Source: Peptococcia bacterium (GTDB lineage: Bacteria; Bacillota; Peptococcia; DRI-13; DTU073). From it: a stretch of DNA of 64,000 nt. The stretch is taken from positions 4,510 to 68,509 of the forward strand of contig JBMNJJ010000003.1 in NCBI GenBank assembly GCA_050951605.1. The letters run 5' to 3'. Positions 38,033 through 49,160 of the stretch are shown piece by piece (within the stretch, counting starts at the first letter, position 1; every line of letters begins with the position of its first letter). A program made the position numbers and the translations under genes. The notes under the pieces were generated by a model. That model did not search any database and was not told the DNA's origin. It saw only the letters and a list, made by a program, of their open reading frames with translations.

Positions 38033-40258
38033 TCAAGTTTGCCGTTCTGACTTTTGCCTATATTTCTGAATACTACTCTTGGCAAATTTCACATAGAACG
38101 GATTTACCTCTATCGTCGGCGAAACACCTTGCATTTCTTGATTCACAACTGTCCAGGCTCGAAGTTCTTCATACATAACCAGGGAAGGCTCCCGCAAAGC
38201 CAAAGCAAAATAAGCATTGGCCTTTTCATATTCTCCTTCTAAACATTCCACTACCCCGGCATAATAATTAATAAAAACAGCCTCGTTTAATTTCTCCCCT
38301 TCCCAATAAGCTAGACGCTCCGGCTCAACTTTTTGCATTTGTTCTACGGTACGAGCATACAATTGACGAGCCAGGTCAAGATATTTTTTTTGCCCACTTT
38401 CGATAGCTAATTGGACATAGTTTTCCATCGCATACTGGTAACCACTGTTTTGCATCGGCATTAAGGTAATTACTTTTTCAAAATAAGGGATAGCTGCTTC
38501 TTTCCTTTGTAATTGACCTAAAACTAAGCCTTTGGTTATATAAGTTTCATATTGATAAGGAGCCAATTCAATCGCCCGCTCTAAATGCTCTAACCCCTCC
38601 TCTATTTCTGTAATGGATTTTTGCTGAAATCCTTTCGCTATTTTAATCAAACCTAAATGCGACGAATAAAGTGGATTTAAAGGAACTAACTTTTGAGCTT
38701 TGCCTAAATTCCGCTCATATTGAGGAGCAATCGTTAACTTTACAAGTCGATTCGTTCTTAAACTAGCCAAGGCCTGATACGAATAAAAATAAGCTAACCC
38801 CATACTAGTAACCGAAATAAATAAAACACCCGCTAAAATTAAAGAAACAAACCGCAACGACTGATTATGAACAGGTTTAAATCTATATTCACTCCCTAAT
38901 AAACCTACTAAAACAAAAAGATACATCGATACAGCAGTAAAGGAAAGGTCCAGGTCAATAAAAGAATGTAAAAAAACTACACCTAACGCTAAAAAAATGA
39001 TTTTCTCTAAAGTAGTACTCTTTTGCCTTTTCCAGCGCCAAATTTGTTGCCCAAAAATAAAACCAAAGAGTCCTAAAAATAAAAGAGTGCCCAGCAGACC
39101 ACTTTCCACCATAGTTTGCATAACACTACTATGTACATAAGCACTATTATAGAGATGACCTTGTATATGTCTATATAAAACACTCCAACCATCAGCCCCT
39201 GTACCCAAAAGCCAATGTTTTTGGAAAATCTTTAAAGCATCTTTATATAAGTAAAAACGAAAATTTACAGTTGGTGTTTCTAAATTTATTTCCGCTAATC
39301 TAGTTATTTTCGGCGAAATAACTTTCTCCGGGAAATATTGGGCTACCGCAACACCACCCACAAGAAGAAGTACACTTATTACCCCAACTACAGAAGAAAG
39401 ACGAACACGCTTTTTGGCTACCAATAAATTTAAAAATAGAACTAAAAATATACCTACAAGTAAGATAAAGAGCGTTTTAACATTAGGATTTTTTATAATA
39501 AAATTAGCACTAATTAAACCAAAGACATTAATTAAAAAAAGGTTTCCCAAAGCAAGCCTACGATACTCCTTTTCCAAAGAAAACAACAAAACAAGTAGAG
39601 CAGGAAAATAAACTAACAAGGAGCCCCGGGATAATGTAGCGTAAAAAGCCACTGTGTTGAGAAACCACCCCGTTAAAAGTAAGCCTCGCTCCCCCTTTTT
39701 AGTACTTACTACATAAAAATAAATAGTTAATAAAATGGTGGCAACCAACATAATAGCATAAGTATTAGGGTACTGAAAGGTCGAACAAAATCGTCTCTTA
39801 GTAATAAAATTAGTACGTATCAAAATATCGGCTTGAGCTAAAAAGGTAAATATAGTTCCCAAAGTAATCGCACTAATCATCGTCAGCAGAACTTTTTTTC
39901 GCTCCTGTTCCTCTTTACTCCAAAGATGTCCGACCAGAAAACAAATTACAAAATAAAAAATATATTTTAAAAAACCGACATAAGCTTGATGAGGTGATAT
40001 AGCCCCGAGGAAACTTAAAAAATAACTAGCACATAAAAACATAAGTAAAATATCAGGAATACCAAATTTTATTTCCCTACCTTGCTTTTTGAATACACAA
40101 AAAAGAAGCAGAACAACAGGCATGGCTAAAGGCCAAAACTTTTCTTCAAAAAAAGAGCCATAATTTAAAGGAGCTAAAAAAAGAAGCAGCAGGAAAAAAC
40201 ATTTAATCATCTTCAAATTGATTTGAATTTTATGCTTTATTTGACCTTTTTTCTTCAT
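38033..40258 (-). CDS. O-antigen ligase/polymerase (Wzy_C) domain protein fused to C-terminal TPR repeats
   Basis: 741 aa. About 12 TM with a YATLSRGSLLV-type loop. The last ~230 aa are soluble and TPR-like (AIELAPYQYETYITKGLVLGQL...). Confidence 0.65.
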   Translation of the reverse strand: MKKKGQIKHKIQINLKMIKCFFLLLLFLAPLNYGSFFEEKFWPLAMPVVLLLFCVFKKQGREIKFGIPDILLMFLCASYFLSFLGAISPHQAYVGFLKYIFYFVICFLVGHLWSKEEQERKKVLLTMISAITLGTIFTFLAQADILIRTNFITKRRFCSTFQYPNTYAIMLVATILLTIYFYVVSTKKGERGLLLTGWFLNTVAFYATLSRGSLLVYFPALLVLLFSLEKEYRRLALGNLFLINVFGLISANFIIKNPNVKTLFILLVGIFLVLFLNLLVAKKRVRLSSVVGVISVLLLVGGVAVAQYFPEKVISPKITRLAEINLETPTVNFRFYLYKDALKIFQKHWLLGTGADGWSVLYRHIQGHLYNSAYVHSSVMQTMVESGLLGTLLFLGLFGFIFGQQIWRWKRQKSTTLEKIIFLALGVVFLHSFIDLDLSFTAVSMYLFVLVGLLGSEYRFKPVHNQSLRFVSLILAGVLFISVTSMGLAYFYSYQALASLRTNRLVKLTIAPQYERNLGKAQKLVPLNPLYSSHLGLIKIAKGFQQKSITEIEEGLEHLERAIELAPYQYETYITKGLVLGQLQRKEAAIPYFEKVITLMPMQNSGYQYAMENYVQLAIESGQKKYLDLARQLYARTVEQMQKVEPERLAYWEGEKLNEAVFINYYAGVVECLEGEYEKANAYFALALREPSLVMYEELRAWTVVNQEMQGVSPTIEVNPFYVKFAKSSIQKYRQKSERQT

Positions 40259-40279
40259 CTGCTTACTCCTCGTGCTTTT

Positions 40280-41215
40280 TTATAAATCCAAATTCCGGAA
40301 ATACTCGATAGTTTTCCTTAAACCTTCGGCTAAAGAAACTAAAGGTTCCCATTTTAATTTTTGTTTAGCCAAAGTAATGACTGGCCGCCTTTTTTGCGGG
40401 TCATCCTGTGGTAAAGGCTGAAAAACAATTTTGGCTTGGGAATTAGTTAACTCCACTATCTTTTCCGCAAGGGTAAGAATAGAAATTTCATTAGGATTCC
40501 CCATATTAATCGGACCCCTTACTTCCGCTTCACTGTTCATCAACCTAACCATGCCTTCGATCAAGTCATCGATAAAACAAAAACTTCGTGTCTGACTACC
40601 ATCTCCATAAACGGTAAGGTCTTCTCCTTTTAAAGCTTGTACTATAAAATTGGAAACCACCCGGCCATCATAGGGATGCATTCTAGGTCCATAGGTATTA
40701 AAAATTCGCATGACCTTAATCCGGACTTGATACTGACGATAATAATCAAAAAATAGTGTTTCGGCTATTCTTTTCCCTTCATCATAACAAGAGCGCACCC
40801 CAATAGGATTGACATAACCCCAACAAGTTTCCGGTTGAGGATGTAGTTTAGGGTCACCATAAACCTCGCTCGTACTGGCTTGCAAGATTTTTGCCCCTGT
40901 CTTCTCTGCCAGTTCCAACATATTTACTACCCCATAAACACAAGTCTTAATTGTTTTAATGGGGTCAGCCTGATAATGCAAAGGACTGGCCGGACACGCA
41001 AGATTATAAATCTCATCGACCTCTACAAAAAATGGCTCGATAAGGTCATGCTCTACAAATTGAAAATACTTATTATTTAATAAATGCCTAATATTAGCTT
41101 GACTACCGGTAGATAAATTATCTAGACAAATAATTTCATTCCCTTCTGCTAAAAGACGTTCACATAAATGAGAACCTATAAAGCCTGCTCCTCCGGTAAC
41201 CAATATTTTTTTCAT
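40280..41215 (-). CDS. uxs: UDP-glucuronate decarboxylase (UDP-xylose synthase)
   Basis: [21 protein letters not shown]...[10 protein letters not shown]...YDEGKR. Start taken at ATG 41215, just after the galE stop. Confidence 0.88.
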   Translation of the reverse strand: MKKILVTGGAGFIGSHLCERLLAEGNEIICLDNLSTGSQANIRHLLNNKYFQFVEHDLIEPFFVEVDEIYNLACPASPLHYQADPIKTIKTCVYGVVNMLELAEKTGAKILQASTSEVYGDPKLHPQPETCWGYVNPIGVRSCYDEGKRIAETLFFDYYRQYQVRIKVMRIFNTYGPRMHPYDGRVVSNFIVQALKGEDLTVYGDGSQTRSFCFIDDLIEGMVRLMNSEAEVRGPINMGNPNEISILTLAEKIVELTNSQAKIVFQPLPQDDPQKRRPVITLAKQKLKWEPLVSLAEGLRKTIEYFRNLDL

Positions 41216-41219
41216 CTCA

Positions 41220-42239
41220 TCATAACTCCTCACTGTAACCATGTGGATTGTTTTTTTGCCAACGCCAGGAATCACGACACATCTCTATAAGATTCTTCTC
41301 CGCTTTCCAGCCTAATTCCTGTAAAGCTTTCGACGGGTCAGCATAACACTGCGCAATATCTCCCGGTCTTCGCTCTGTAATTATATAGGGAATTTCCTGC
41401 CCTGTAACTTCCATAAAACTATACAGGACATCAAGCACACTATATCCTACCCCGGTTCCCAAATTATACGCCTCTACACCTGTCATCACCTGAACTTTTT
41501 CCAAAGCCCGTAAATGCCCTTTAGCTAAATCGACAACATGAAGATAATCCCTTACCCCTGTACCATCATGAGTGGCATAGTCATCGCCAAAAACAAATAG
41601 TTTTTCTCTTTTCCCCACCGCAACCTGAGTAAGATAGGGCATCAGATTATTAGGAATCCCTTGGGGGTCCTCACCGATGCGCCCACTTTCATGTGCACCA
41701 ATAGGATTAAAATAACGTAATAAAGCAATACTCCATTCCTGCTCTGCTCTATATAAGTCACCTAAAATCTTTTCGATCATTAATTTGGTTCGACCATAGG
41801 GATTCGTAGCCCGCAAGGGAAAATCTTCGGTAATGGGTACAGAGTCCGGCACCCCGTAAACAGTAGCCGAGGAACTAAAAACAATTTTCTTTACTCCATA
41901 TTTTTGCATTACCATACACAAAATTAAAGTACCCATAACATTATTCCGATAATAACATAATGGCTTCTCTACTGATTCGCCCACAGCCTTTAACCCGGCA
42001 AAATGAATTACGGCCTCAATCTCATTTGCGGCAAACACCTGCTCCAGCTTTTCTTGCTCTAAAAGGTTGACTTCATAAAACTTAAATGTTTTTTCGGTTA
42101 TATCTTTTATCCGTTTTAAAACTTCCGGTTTACTATTCGAAAAGTTATCGACAATAATAAGCTCATAACCGGCAGTTAACAGTTCTACACAAGTATGACT
42201 GCCAATATAACCCGCTCCTCCGGTAACCAATATCGCCAA
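41220..42239 (-). CDS. galE: UDP-glucose 4-epimerase
   Basis: [21 protein letters not shown] and YGRTK catalytic motif. 339 aa. Confidence 0.92.
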   Translation of the reverse strand: MAILVTGGAGYIGSHTCVELLTAGYELIIVDNFSNSKPEVLKRIKDITEKTFKFYEVNLLEQEKLEQVFAANEIEAVIHFAGLKAVGESVEKPLCYYRNNVMGTLILCMVMQKYGVKKIVFSSSATVYGVPDSVPITEDFPLRATNPYGRTKLMIEKILGDLYRAEQEWSIALLRYFNPIGAHESGRIGEDPQGIPNNLMPYLTQVAVGKREKLFVFGDDYATHDGTGVRDYLHVVDLAKGHLRALEKVQVMTGVEAYNLGTGVGYSVLDVLYSFMEVTGQEIPYIITERRPGDIAQCYADPSKALQELGWKAEKNLIEMCRDSWRWQKNNPHGYSEEL

Positions 42240-42343
42240 AATTATCTCCCTCCCTCTATAACCTTCATTAAATATAACAAAAATCCTCCCGTAAATCTGC
42301 CTCTTCCATATATTAAATCTCTACTTTCGACTTCCGATTTCTC

Positions 42344-44461
42344 TTACTTAAATAGTTTAATTCCCTCAAGCAACAAGCTGTGATTAATAAAAGCATCTTC
42401 AATTACCGTGTTTTTTAACTGTCCTTGGACAACTCTATAAATATATTTATATTGATTCTTTATCCCTTTATCTTGTCTTAATTTCCTCTTCGTTTTCTTA
42501 ATACTTCCATACCGGTTCATTTTAATATAGTTATCCAGCTCACAAACTACACCATTTGAAAAAACTCTAAGCTGTTCTTTAGGATATTTTTTCGAACCCA
42601 TTGAAGTATATATAATATTTCCTATTGCCCCTGATTTAAATTGCAATGTTATTATGGCATTATCTTTCTTAGGATAAGCTTCATTCTGGGTAAAAGCTAT
42701 ATTTAATGATACTAATTCACTTCCATCTAAATATTGAAGAACATCAACAAAATGACAAGCCTCCCCAATGATTCTTCCGCCACCAACTTTTTCATCCTGT
42801 GTCCAATGGTCTTCCGGTATATACCCGGCATTAACAATATAATCATATACTGCAGGTATTTTATCTGTTAAAAGATCTTTTTTAATCTTCTTTATTAAGG
42901 GAGCATGCCTTCGATTTAAGCCTATAAAAAGCTCACCCTTTGCTGACCTATAAGCAGTCTTAATCTTTTCAAGTTCATCCCAAGTTAGACACATAGGCTT
43001 CTCACAATACACATGTTTCTCTGCTTCTAAAGCTTCCATAATAAATTGGGCATGAGTATTATGTTGAGTGGCAATAACAATTAAATCTATATCAGCATCG
43101 TTCAACAAATCTTGGTAATCATTCGTCATATACTCAAATGAAAACACATCTTGTGCTTGAGCAAGACCTACTCCGCCGGTTGTCGCCAAACCTTTAAAAT
43201 GATATAAACCTATCTCTTGCATAATAGGTAAAAGAGTATTTTTAGTAAAGTTTCCCGCTCCAATTACCCCAACAAAAACTTTATCTTTTTCTACTTTTGC
43301 TTGGACTTGCTTATTAGAAACTTTATTCAACCACTTGTTTTCGTTCTGAGAATATTTTAATAATATTCCTATATAATTTTCCTTATTTTTATTAGTCGTA
43401 ATCATTTCATAAGCAATTTCCGCTTTTGCAAAATCAATCTCATGCGTAATTAAATCAGAAAAATCAACCCGCTTCCCCGCAATTAGTCGAATGAACTCTT
43501 CAAGATTACGTCCTACAGTAAATCTAACATGCCCCAGCGGATAATCAATACCTTTTTCTTCATAATTAGAATCATAACGTCCGGGTCCATAAGAACGTGC
43601 AAGCGTAAATGTTAATTCTTTCTCATAATAAGGACGACGCTCTATATCCATTTTAGTTACACCAATCATACATATAATTCCGCGGTCACGAGCTATGGCA
43701 GCAGCTAAATCCATAGGTTCATTACTGTTTGTCGCAGCTGTTATAATTACTTTGTCTACACCACGTCCTTTTGTCAAAGACTTCGTAATATTAACAGCGT
43801 TTTCATCATTAGATAAAATAAATGCCTTTAATTTTGTTCCACTTAAAGATTTATCTTTAATGTCATAACCAATAACATCACAACCATACGCATCTAGAAT
43901 TCGGGCAGTAATGTGTCCTAAAAGTCCTAATCCAATAACTGCCACAATTTCACCCGGTTTAACCTTAGCCTGATGAATTCCTTGTAAAGCGACTCCACCT
44001 AAAGCACCTAAAGCACCTTGACGATAATCCATCATTTCATTCGGTATCTTTACTAACAAATTCTTATTGACACGATTGATTTCGCTATGATAGGCCTGCC
44101 CGGCCATGGCGACCATATCACCCTTTTTAACTTCAGTAACACCACTTCCGCATTCAATGACTTTACCAACTGCCGAATAACCCATGGGCATTGGTTCATT
44201 TAATCGTGTAAATGCTTTATTCATAGTTGTTAATATGCCCTCTGTAGACATTTTCCCCCAAATCTTTTTAATTTGCTCCGGTCTCTCCAGTGCTTTTTGC
44301 ATTAAATTTTTACCGGCAAAAGAAGTAAGCATTCTTTCCGTTCCTGCACTAACAACAGAATAATAAGTTTCCACCAAGACATAATTATCTTTTACAGTAG
44401 GCATAGGTGTATCTATTAATTTTACAGAACCATCATTAAGCATTAAAAATAATTGTTTCAT
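42344..44461 (-). CDS. Bi-domain oxidoreductase: zinc-type alcohol dehydrogenase (MDR) fused to Gfo/Idh/MocA oxidoreductase
   Basis: 705 aa. The N-terminal half is GroES-like plus Rossmann (VAVIGLGLLG). The C-terminal half has VGVIGAGNFT and the EKP motif. Confidence 0.7.
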   Translation of the reverse strand: MKQLFLMLNDGSVKLIDTPMPTVKDNYVLVETYYSVVSAGTERMLTSFAGKNLMQKALERPEQIKKIWGKMSTEGILTTMNKAFTRLNEPMPMGYSAVGKVIECGSGVTEVKKGDMVAMAGQAYHSEINRVNKNLLVKIPNEMMDYRQGALGALGGVALQGIHQAKVKPGEIVAVIGLGLLGHITARILDAYGCDVIGYDIKDKSLSGTKLKAFILSNDENAVNITKSLTKGRGVDKVIITAATNSNEPMDLAAAIARDRGIICMIGVTKMDIERRPYYEKELTFTLARSYGPGRYDSNYEEKGIDYPLGHVRFTVGRNLEEFIRLIAGKRVDFSDLITHEIDFAKAEIAYEMITTNKNKENYIGILLKYSQNENKWLNKVSNKQVQAKVEKDKVFVGVIGAGNFTKNTLLPIMQEIGLYHFKGLATTGGVGLAQAQDVFSFEYMTNDYQDLLNDADIDLIVIATQHNTHAQFIMEALEAEKHVYCEKPMCLTWDELEKIKTAYRSAKGELFIGLNRRHAPLIKKIKKDLLTDKIPAVYDYIVNAGYIPEDHWTQDEKVGGGRIIGEACHFVDVLQYLDGSELVSLNIAFTQNEAYPKKDNAIITLQFKSGAIGNIIYTSMGSKKYPKEQLRVFSNGVVCELDNYIKMNRYGSIKKTKRKLRQDKGIKNQYKYIYRVVQGQLKNTVIEDAFINHSLLLEGIKLFK

Positions 44462-44485
44462 AGCTTAACCTCCAAAACAAACAAC

Positions 44486-46513
44486 CTACAAAATAATTTT
44501 AGTTACCAAAACTTCTTTTTCTTCTCTGCTATTCACCTCATAAACCAACTGATTTACTGGTATTTTTTCACCATAATAAAGTGAGCGCCAGCCTATTGGT
44601 TTCTCCTCGTCGCCAAAATAAATATATGTATCACCTTGGGTAGTGCTTGATATTTCCAAGATAAGATCTTCTTCATTATCAATGATTAACCTATATTTAT
44701 TATTATCTAGCTTTTCTATTTCAGTTCCTATATTCCAATTTAATTTAATATTAATATTCTTTCTCTTTTTGTTGTCTATCTCATCAGTAATAATATAATA
44801 ATTTTTTTTATACTCAATTTTTCTGGTATGTGTATTTTTATATGCGTTATGATAACCTGAGAAAAAAACCTGCTCTTTATCAAAATTAAATTCAGTTAAA
44901 ACCCCTTCAGACCAATCTAAAAATAAGAACCTAGGACCTTTTTCAGCTTGATTTTTATCATTTATGGTTATTGTATTATGATTCCTAGTTGCCCTAAAAT
45001 AATCCCTAAACTTTTCTTCAGGGTTATATGAATACGACCCAATATCTGTTAAGACATTCTTCCCTTTATACCATAAATCGAAATGCAACATATCGGCTTG
45101 AGCAGGTCTATCCTTATATTTAGTGCATCTAACCATGCCCCAACTATTACTACCCCTGATAATATAATAACCACCACTAGCAAATCTTTTAGTTTCTCTT
45201 ACAACAGACAAAACCGCACTAGATTGCACTGCCTCTACACCACAAAACCAAAGTAAATCTTCTTCATGTTTCCCTTTTTCATAAAGTTTCTTCCCATTAA
45301 TAATATAACTTAAAGTATTTAGCTGTGGTTTATAGTTCAAATAGTCACACGAGGATAATGGAAAAACCAATGCTCCATCATTATTACCATAATTGGGAAC
45401 CATCCCTGTTATTTCATCTTGCATTTGATAGAGGAAAGCAAGCGCCTTCTTTAATCTAGCAAGCAAACTTTGACAAAACTTAACCCCATTTAGCTCAGCT
45501 ATTCTATAAACCCAAGTATAGTCTTGTAACATTAAACGATGATAATTATTAGAACTTTGCATATAACTTCCATCTTCATATATTTGCTTGAACCCTTCTT
45601 GCTCTAAGTACTTTTTACCTTTGCTAAGCAATCTCTCCGAATCCCTAAAAAACGGGAATAATACTCCCACTGTAAATAAACCTGCTGCTTCACTTATGGC
45701 ATGACTATTTTGTGCTGATTTTATAGCCAAATTAATATTCTTTTCAATATGAATTGCATTAAAATAGATGTTTTTTATAAGTCTAAATACTCTATCCGCG
45801 GTTGTATGTACAGAATCTAAAAAGGCGTATAACCCAAAAATCCAAGCAAACGTTCTAAAAGATATTTCTTGTCCACATTGCCAATTTACCCCTAATTCAT
45901 ATCGGTTTTCTTTTAGCCAATGTTCTATTTGTTCCCAATAAGCTTGGGCGTATTTTTCATCTCGGGTAATTGTATATGCCCTAACAAAATAAAAAACCTG
46001 CGTAAATCTAGAAGCTTCCCAGACATATTTAACATCTCCTGAAGTTTTAGAAAGCACCTCTATATCTACCCAATGCTTGTCCTTAGGCCATTCATATTTA
46101 TTAATGGGGTTTTTGTGCCAATTAATTGGACAACCATAATCGCCTGTCCAGTGATTAAAACAGTATATTTGCCCTTTGATCGCCTTATCTGCTATTTGAA
46201 TAATTTTCTCTTTATCTTCTTTACTTAAATGAACATCTAAATATTGTTTAAATGAATTAAGGTCCTGTGTATTAAACAAAAATTTATTCCTATTTTCTTT
46301 TATATACAAATATAAATCTTCTTTTGACTTAAGATTATTTATACTTATTTTATCAATAAAATCTTCATCCGAAAAAGCCTTTACAGCAAACTTCCTTTTT
46401 AATATTCCGGTTTTTCTTTTTAATTCATAACTTGTCCTAAAAATTACCCATGATAAACCCATTGTATTAATAACTTTAATTACATCAGTTATCTTCATAC
46501 CTTTACCTGCCAT
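44486..46513 (-). CDS. Heparinase II/III-like (alginate-lyase superfamily) protein
   Basis: 675 aa. DVKYVWEASRF in the N-terminal toroid region and RNHNTITIND in the C-terminal heparinase II/III domain. Confidence 0.7.
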   Translation of the reverse strand: MAGKGMKITDVIKVINTMGLSWVIFRTSYELKRKTGILKRKFAVKAFSDEDFIDKISINNLKSKEDLYLYIKENRNKFLFNTQDLNSFKQYLDVHLSKEDKEKIIQIADKAIKGQIYCFNHWTGDYGCPINWHKNPINKYEWPKDKHWVDIEVLSKTSGDVKYVWEASRFTQVFYFVRAYTITRDEKYAQAYWEQIEHWLKENRYELGVNWQCGQEISFRTFAWIFGLYAFLDSVHTTADRVFRLIKNIYFNAIHIEKNINLAIKSAQNSHAISEAAGLFTVGVLFPFFRDSERLLSKGKKYLEQEGFKQIYEDGSYMQSSNNYHRLMLQDYTWVYRIAELNGVKFCQSLLARLKKALAFLYQMQDEITGMVPNYGNNDGALVFPLSSCDYLNYKPQLNTLSYIINGKKLYEKGKHEEDLLWFCGVEAVQSSAVLSVVRETKRFASGGYYIIRGSNSWGMVRCTKYKDRPAQADMLHFDLWYKGKNVLTDIGSYSYNPEEKFRDYFRATRNHNTITINDKNQAEKGPRFLFLDWSEGVLTEFNFDKEQVFFSGYHNAYKNTHTRKIEYKKNYYIITDEIDNKKRKNINIKLNWNIGTEIEKLDNNKYRLIIDNEEDLILEISSTTQGDTYIYFGDEEKPIGWRSLYYGEKIPVNQLVYEVNSREEKEVLVTKIIL

Positions 46514-46516
46514 AAT

Positions 46517-47788
46517 CTACTTTTGTCCCTTCCCCAATAAAAAATAAGTAAATCCTTTCTCTGCAACTTTGTCTTTAGCCAAGAAATTTCTTGTATCGAA
46601 AAAATTTCTATTTCTCATAACTTTAGCCATCTCATTTAAAGGTAACTTTTTGAAATTATCATGATCTACAGCTAATAATAAAAGGTCACTATTTCTTGAT
46701 ACATCAAGCAAATCCTTGGCTTGATACTTATATGTACTGACATAAGGGTCATATACGCTTACAAGATAATCCTCTCTTTTATCCATTAATTCAATCAGCT
46801 TAAGAATAGGGCTTTCTCTCACATCATCTATATTAGGTTTATAAGTGATTCCCAAGATAGATACTTTTTTGTTTCCCGGAATATCTTTTAATATTTCATC
46901 TATTCTCGTTAGTACATAATACGGCATACTGTCATTAGTTTTTCTGGATAACTCTATGATTTTAGCAAGTTCAGGATTCTGCTCAATAATAAACCACGGG
47001 TCTACTGCTAAACAATGTCCTCCTACTCCCGGACTAGGTTGATGCAGATTTACCCTGGGATGTCTATTACATAGTTCTATTACTTCCCAGGCATTGATTC
47101 CGATTTTTTCACAGATCTTAGCAAGTTCATTAGCTAAAGCTATATTCACATCTCTAAAAGTATTCTCCATTGTTTTACACATTTCAGCTGTGGTCGCTGT
47201 AGTAAGATAAATATCTGCATTGACAAATATCTTATATAAATCTCTAATTTTCTCAGCTGACGCTTTATTAATTCCACCAACAATTCTATTGTTGTTAACT
47301 AATTCCCATAATATTTTTCCGGGAAGCACCCGCTCCGGAGAATGTCCCACAAATAATTCTTCTCCAATTTTAAGTCCTGATTTTTTTAAGATAGGAACCA
47401 TTAATTCTTCCGTTGTTCCCGCCGGAGAGGTAGATTCTAATATAACAACATTATCCTTTCTTAAATAAGGTACAATTAATTCTGTAGCTGAAACAATATG
47501 GCTCATATCCGCCTTTTTTTCTTCCGTAATTGGTGTGGGAACAGTTATAATGAAGGCATCAGCCTCTTGGGGTTTTGTAGCGGCTTTTAAATTACCGGAC
47601 TTAATTGCTGCTTCAGCCATAAGAGCCAAATATGGTTCCTCAAGGGCGATTTCCCCCTTATTTAAGGCCTCAACAACTTTTTCATTTGTATCTACTCCTA
47701 TCACCTTACAACCGTGAGTTGCAAACATAGCACTAGTTGGTAAACCAATATAGCCTAAACCAATAACACATATTTTTTTTTGCTCCAT
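46517..47788 (-). CDS. UDP-N-acetyl-D-mannosamine (or -glucosamine) 6-dehydrogenase, WecC/WbpA/Cap5O type
   Basis: KICVIGLGYIGLPTSAMFA Rossmann start and catalytic GGHCLAVDP. Confidence 0.82.
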   Translation of the reverse strand: MEQKKICVIGLGYIGLPTSAMFATHGCKVIGVDTNEKVVEALNKGEIALEEPYLALMAEAAIKSGNLKAATKPQEADAFIITVPTPITEEKKADMSHIVSATELIVPYLRKDNVVILESTSPAGTTEELMVPILKKSGLKIGEELFVGHSPERVLPGKILWELVNNNRIVGGINKASAEKIRDLYKIFVNADIYLTTATTAEMCKTMENTFRDVNIALANELAKICEKIGINAWEVIELCNRHPRVNLHQPSPGVGGHCLAVDPWFIIEQNPELAKIIELSRKTNDSMPYYVLTRIDEILKDIPGNKKVSILGITYKPNIDDVRESPILKLIELMDKREDYLVSVYDPYVSTYKYQAKDLLDVSRNSDLLLLAVDHDNFKKLPLNEMAKVMRNRNFFDTRNFLAKDKVAEKGFTYFLLGKGQK

Positions 47789-47816
47789 AATTCTCCTCAT
47801 CCTAACTTAAAATCCA

Positions 47817-49073
47817 TTAAACATTCTCTAACACTTCTATTAACTTCGCCGTTAAAATCTTGTAATCGAAGTTCTTCGCACCGGCTTGTGCATTTTGGCA
47901 CATCTGGTCATATCGTTTTTGAGGCATGTCATATACTTCTAATATAGCCCTAGCTAATTCTTCCGGGGCCGATTTTTCTAACGATATCCCACACTGATAT
48001 TTTTCTAAAAGGCAATAACCCATCTTTACTGTTGAAATAATCGGCTTACCGGATGCCATATACTCAAATAATTTATTTGAACTATTACCTCTCGTCCAAT
48101 TATAGAGAGATTGAGAATAATTTAAAATATTAACCGATGCTTTGCTTAAAATATATGGCATATATTTTCTTGCAACATATCCCTTCATCTTGACATTAGT
48201 CAAACCTTCAGTAATGATTTTCTGCTTTAAAAGATCTATTTGATCACCTGTTCCGTAAATCAAAAACTTGATATTCTGAATTTTTTTTAGAAATTTAGCA
48301 GCATCGAGTAAAAATTCTACATTATTAAGTGTTCTTATAGCACCGGTATAGACAACTTTAAAACTACCATCATCTAAATCTTCATCTGCAAAATGATTTT
48401 CGGCAATATTTTTAATAAACTCTTCACTATCTACACCATTGTTTATGTAAAAACAGTTATTTAAATCTATCTCGCCACCCTGCTCTAAAGCCCATTTTTT
48501 CTCCTTTAAATACCCAATGTCACCTTCTTTTAAAAACACCAGCGCATCTGCCTTTTTATAAATCCAATGTTCGCCTGCTAATAATATTTTCCCTAAAATA
48601 CTCTCCTTTTTTACTTTCCCTACGGAAAAAATGACATCCGGCCACAAATCACGTACTTCACAAATACAAGGAATTTTAAGTTTATGTGCAATCTTAATTC
48701 CCGCGACCATCGTTAAAGGGTGAGGTGAAGAGGCATAAATAACATCAGGTTTTTCCCCTTTTTGTAAAAGAGCTTTAGCAACAGAAATTAGATTATATGC
48801 AAAAGAAAGCATATTAAGTACACGAAATAAGCCATTGTCCTTATATTCTGACGAACGAACAAATATAAAACGAACTCCACTATCTAAATGCTCTAAATAC
48901 TTTTTGTTATCTTCAATTAAATTCTCACCCGTATAATGCAAAAAAGCTGATGCAAATACCGTGCTTTTATAGCCTTTAATTTTCAATTGCTTACTAAATT
49001 CATACGGTCTAACTAAGCCACTCATTGTCGGTGGAGTAGCATAAGAATGAAATAGCCAAACATTTTTTTTCAT
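47817..49073 (-). CDS. Glycosyltransferase, GT4 family (WbuB-like)
   Basis: 418 aa with a GT-B fold pattern. The C-terminal EYMASGKPIIST matches the E(x7)E region. Confidence 0.72.
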   Translation of the reverse strand: MKKNVWLFHSYATPPTMSGLVRPYEFSKQLKIKGYKSTVFASAFLHYTGENLIEDNKKYLEHLDSGVRFIFVRSSEYKDNGLFRVLNMLSFAYNLISVAKALLQKGEKPDVIYASSPHPLTMVAGIKIAHKLKIPCICEVRDLWPDVIFSVGKVKKESILGKILLAGEHWIYKKADALVFLKEGDIGYLKEKKWALEQGGEIDLNNCFYINNGVDSEEFIKNIAENHFADEDLDDGSFKVVYTGAIRTLNNVEFLLDAAKFLKKIQNIKFLIYGTGDQIDLLKQKIITEGLTNVKMKGYVARKYMPYILSKASVNILNYSQSLYNWTRGNSSNKLFEYMASGKPIISTVKMGYCLLEKYQCGISLEKSAPEELARAILEVYDMPQKRYDQMCQNAQAGAKNFDYKILTAKLIEVLENV

Positions 49074-49160
49074 AAGTCACTCACCTAGAAAAAATATGCA
49101 TAATTCTTATTCATTATATCACAAAACACAGCTTTACCCCGTATTTTTGCATGACCTCAC

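Noticed and set aside
41216-41275. 20-codon 5' extension of uxs overlapping the end of galE
   Set aside because: The Rossmann fold begins right at [14 protein letters not shown]. The extension would overlap galE coding sequence and has no RBS.
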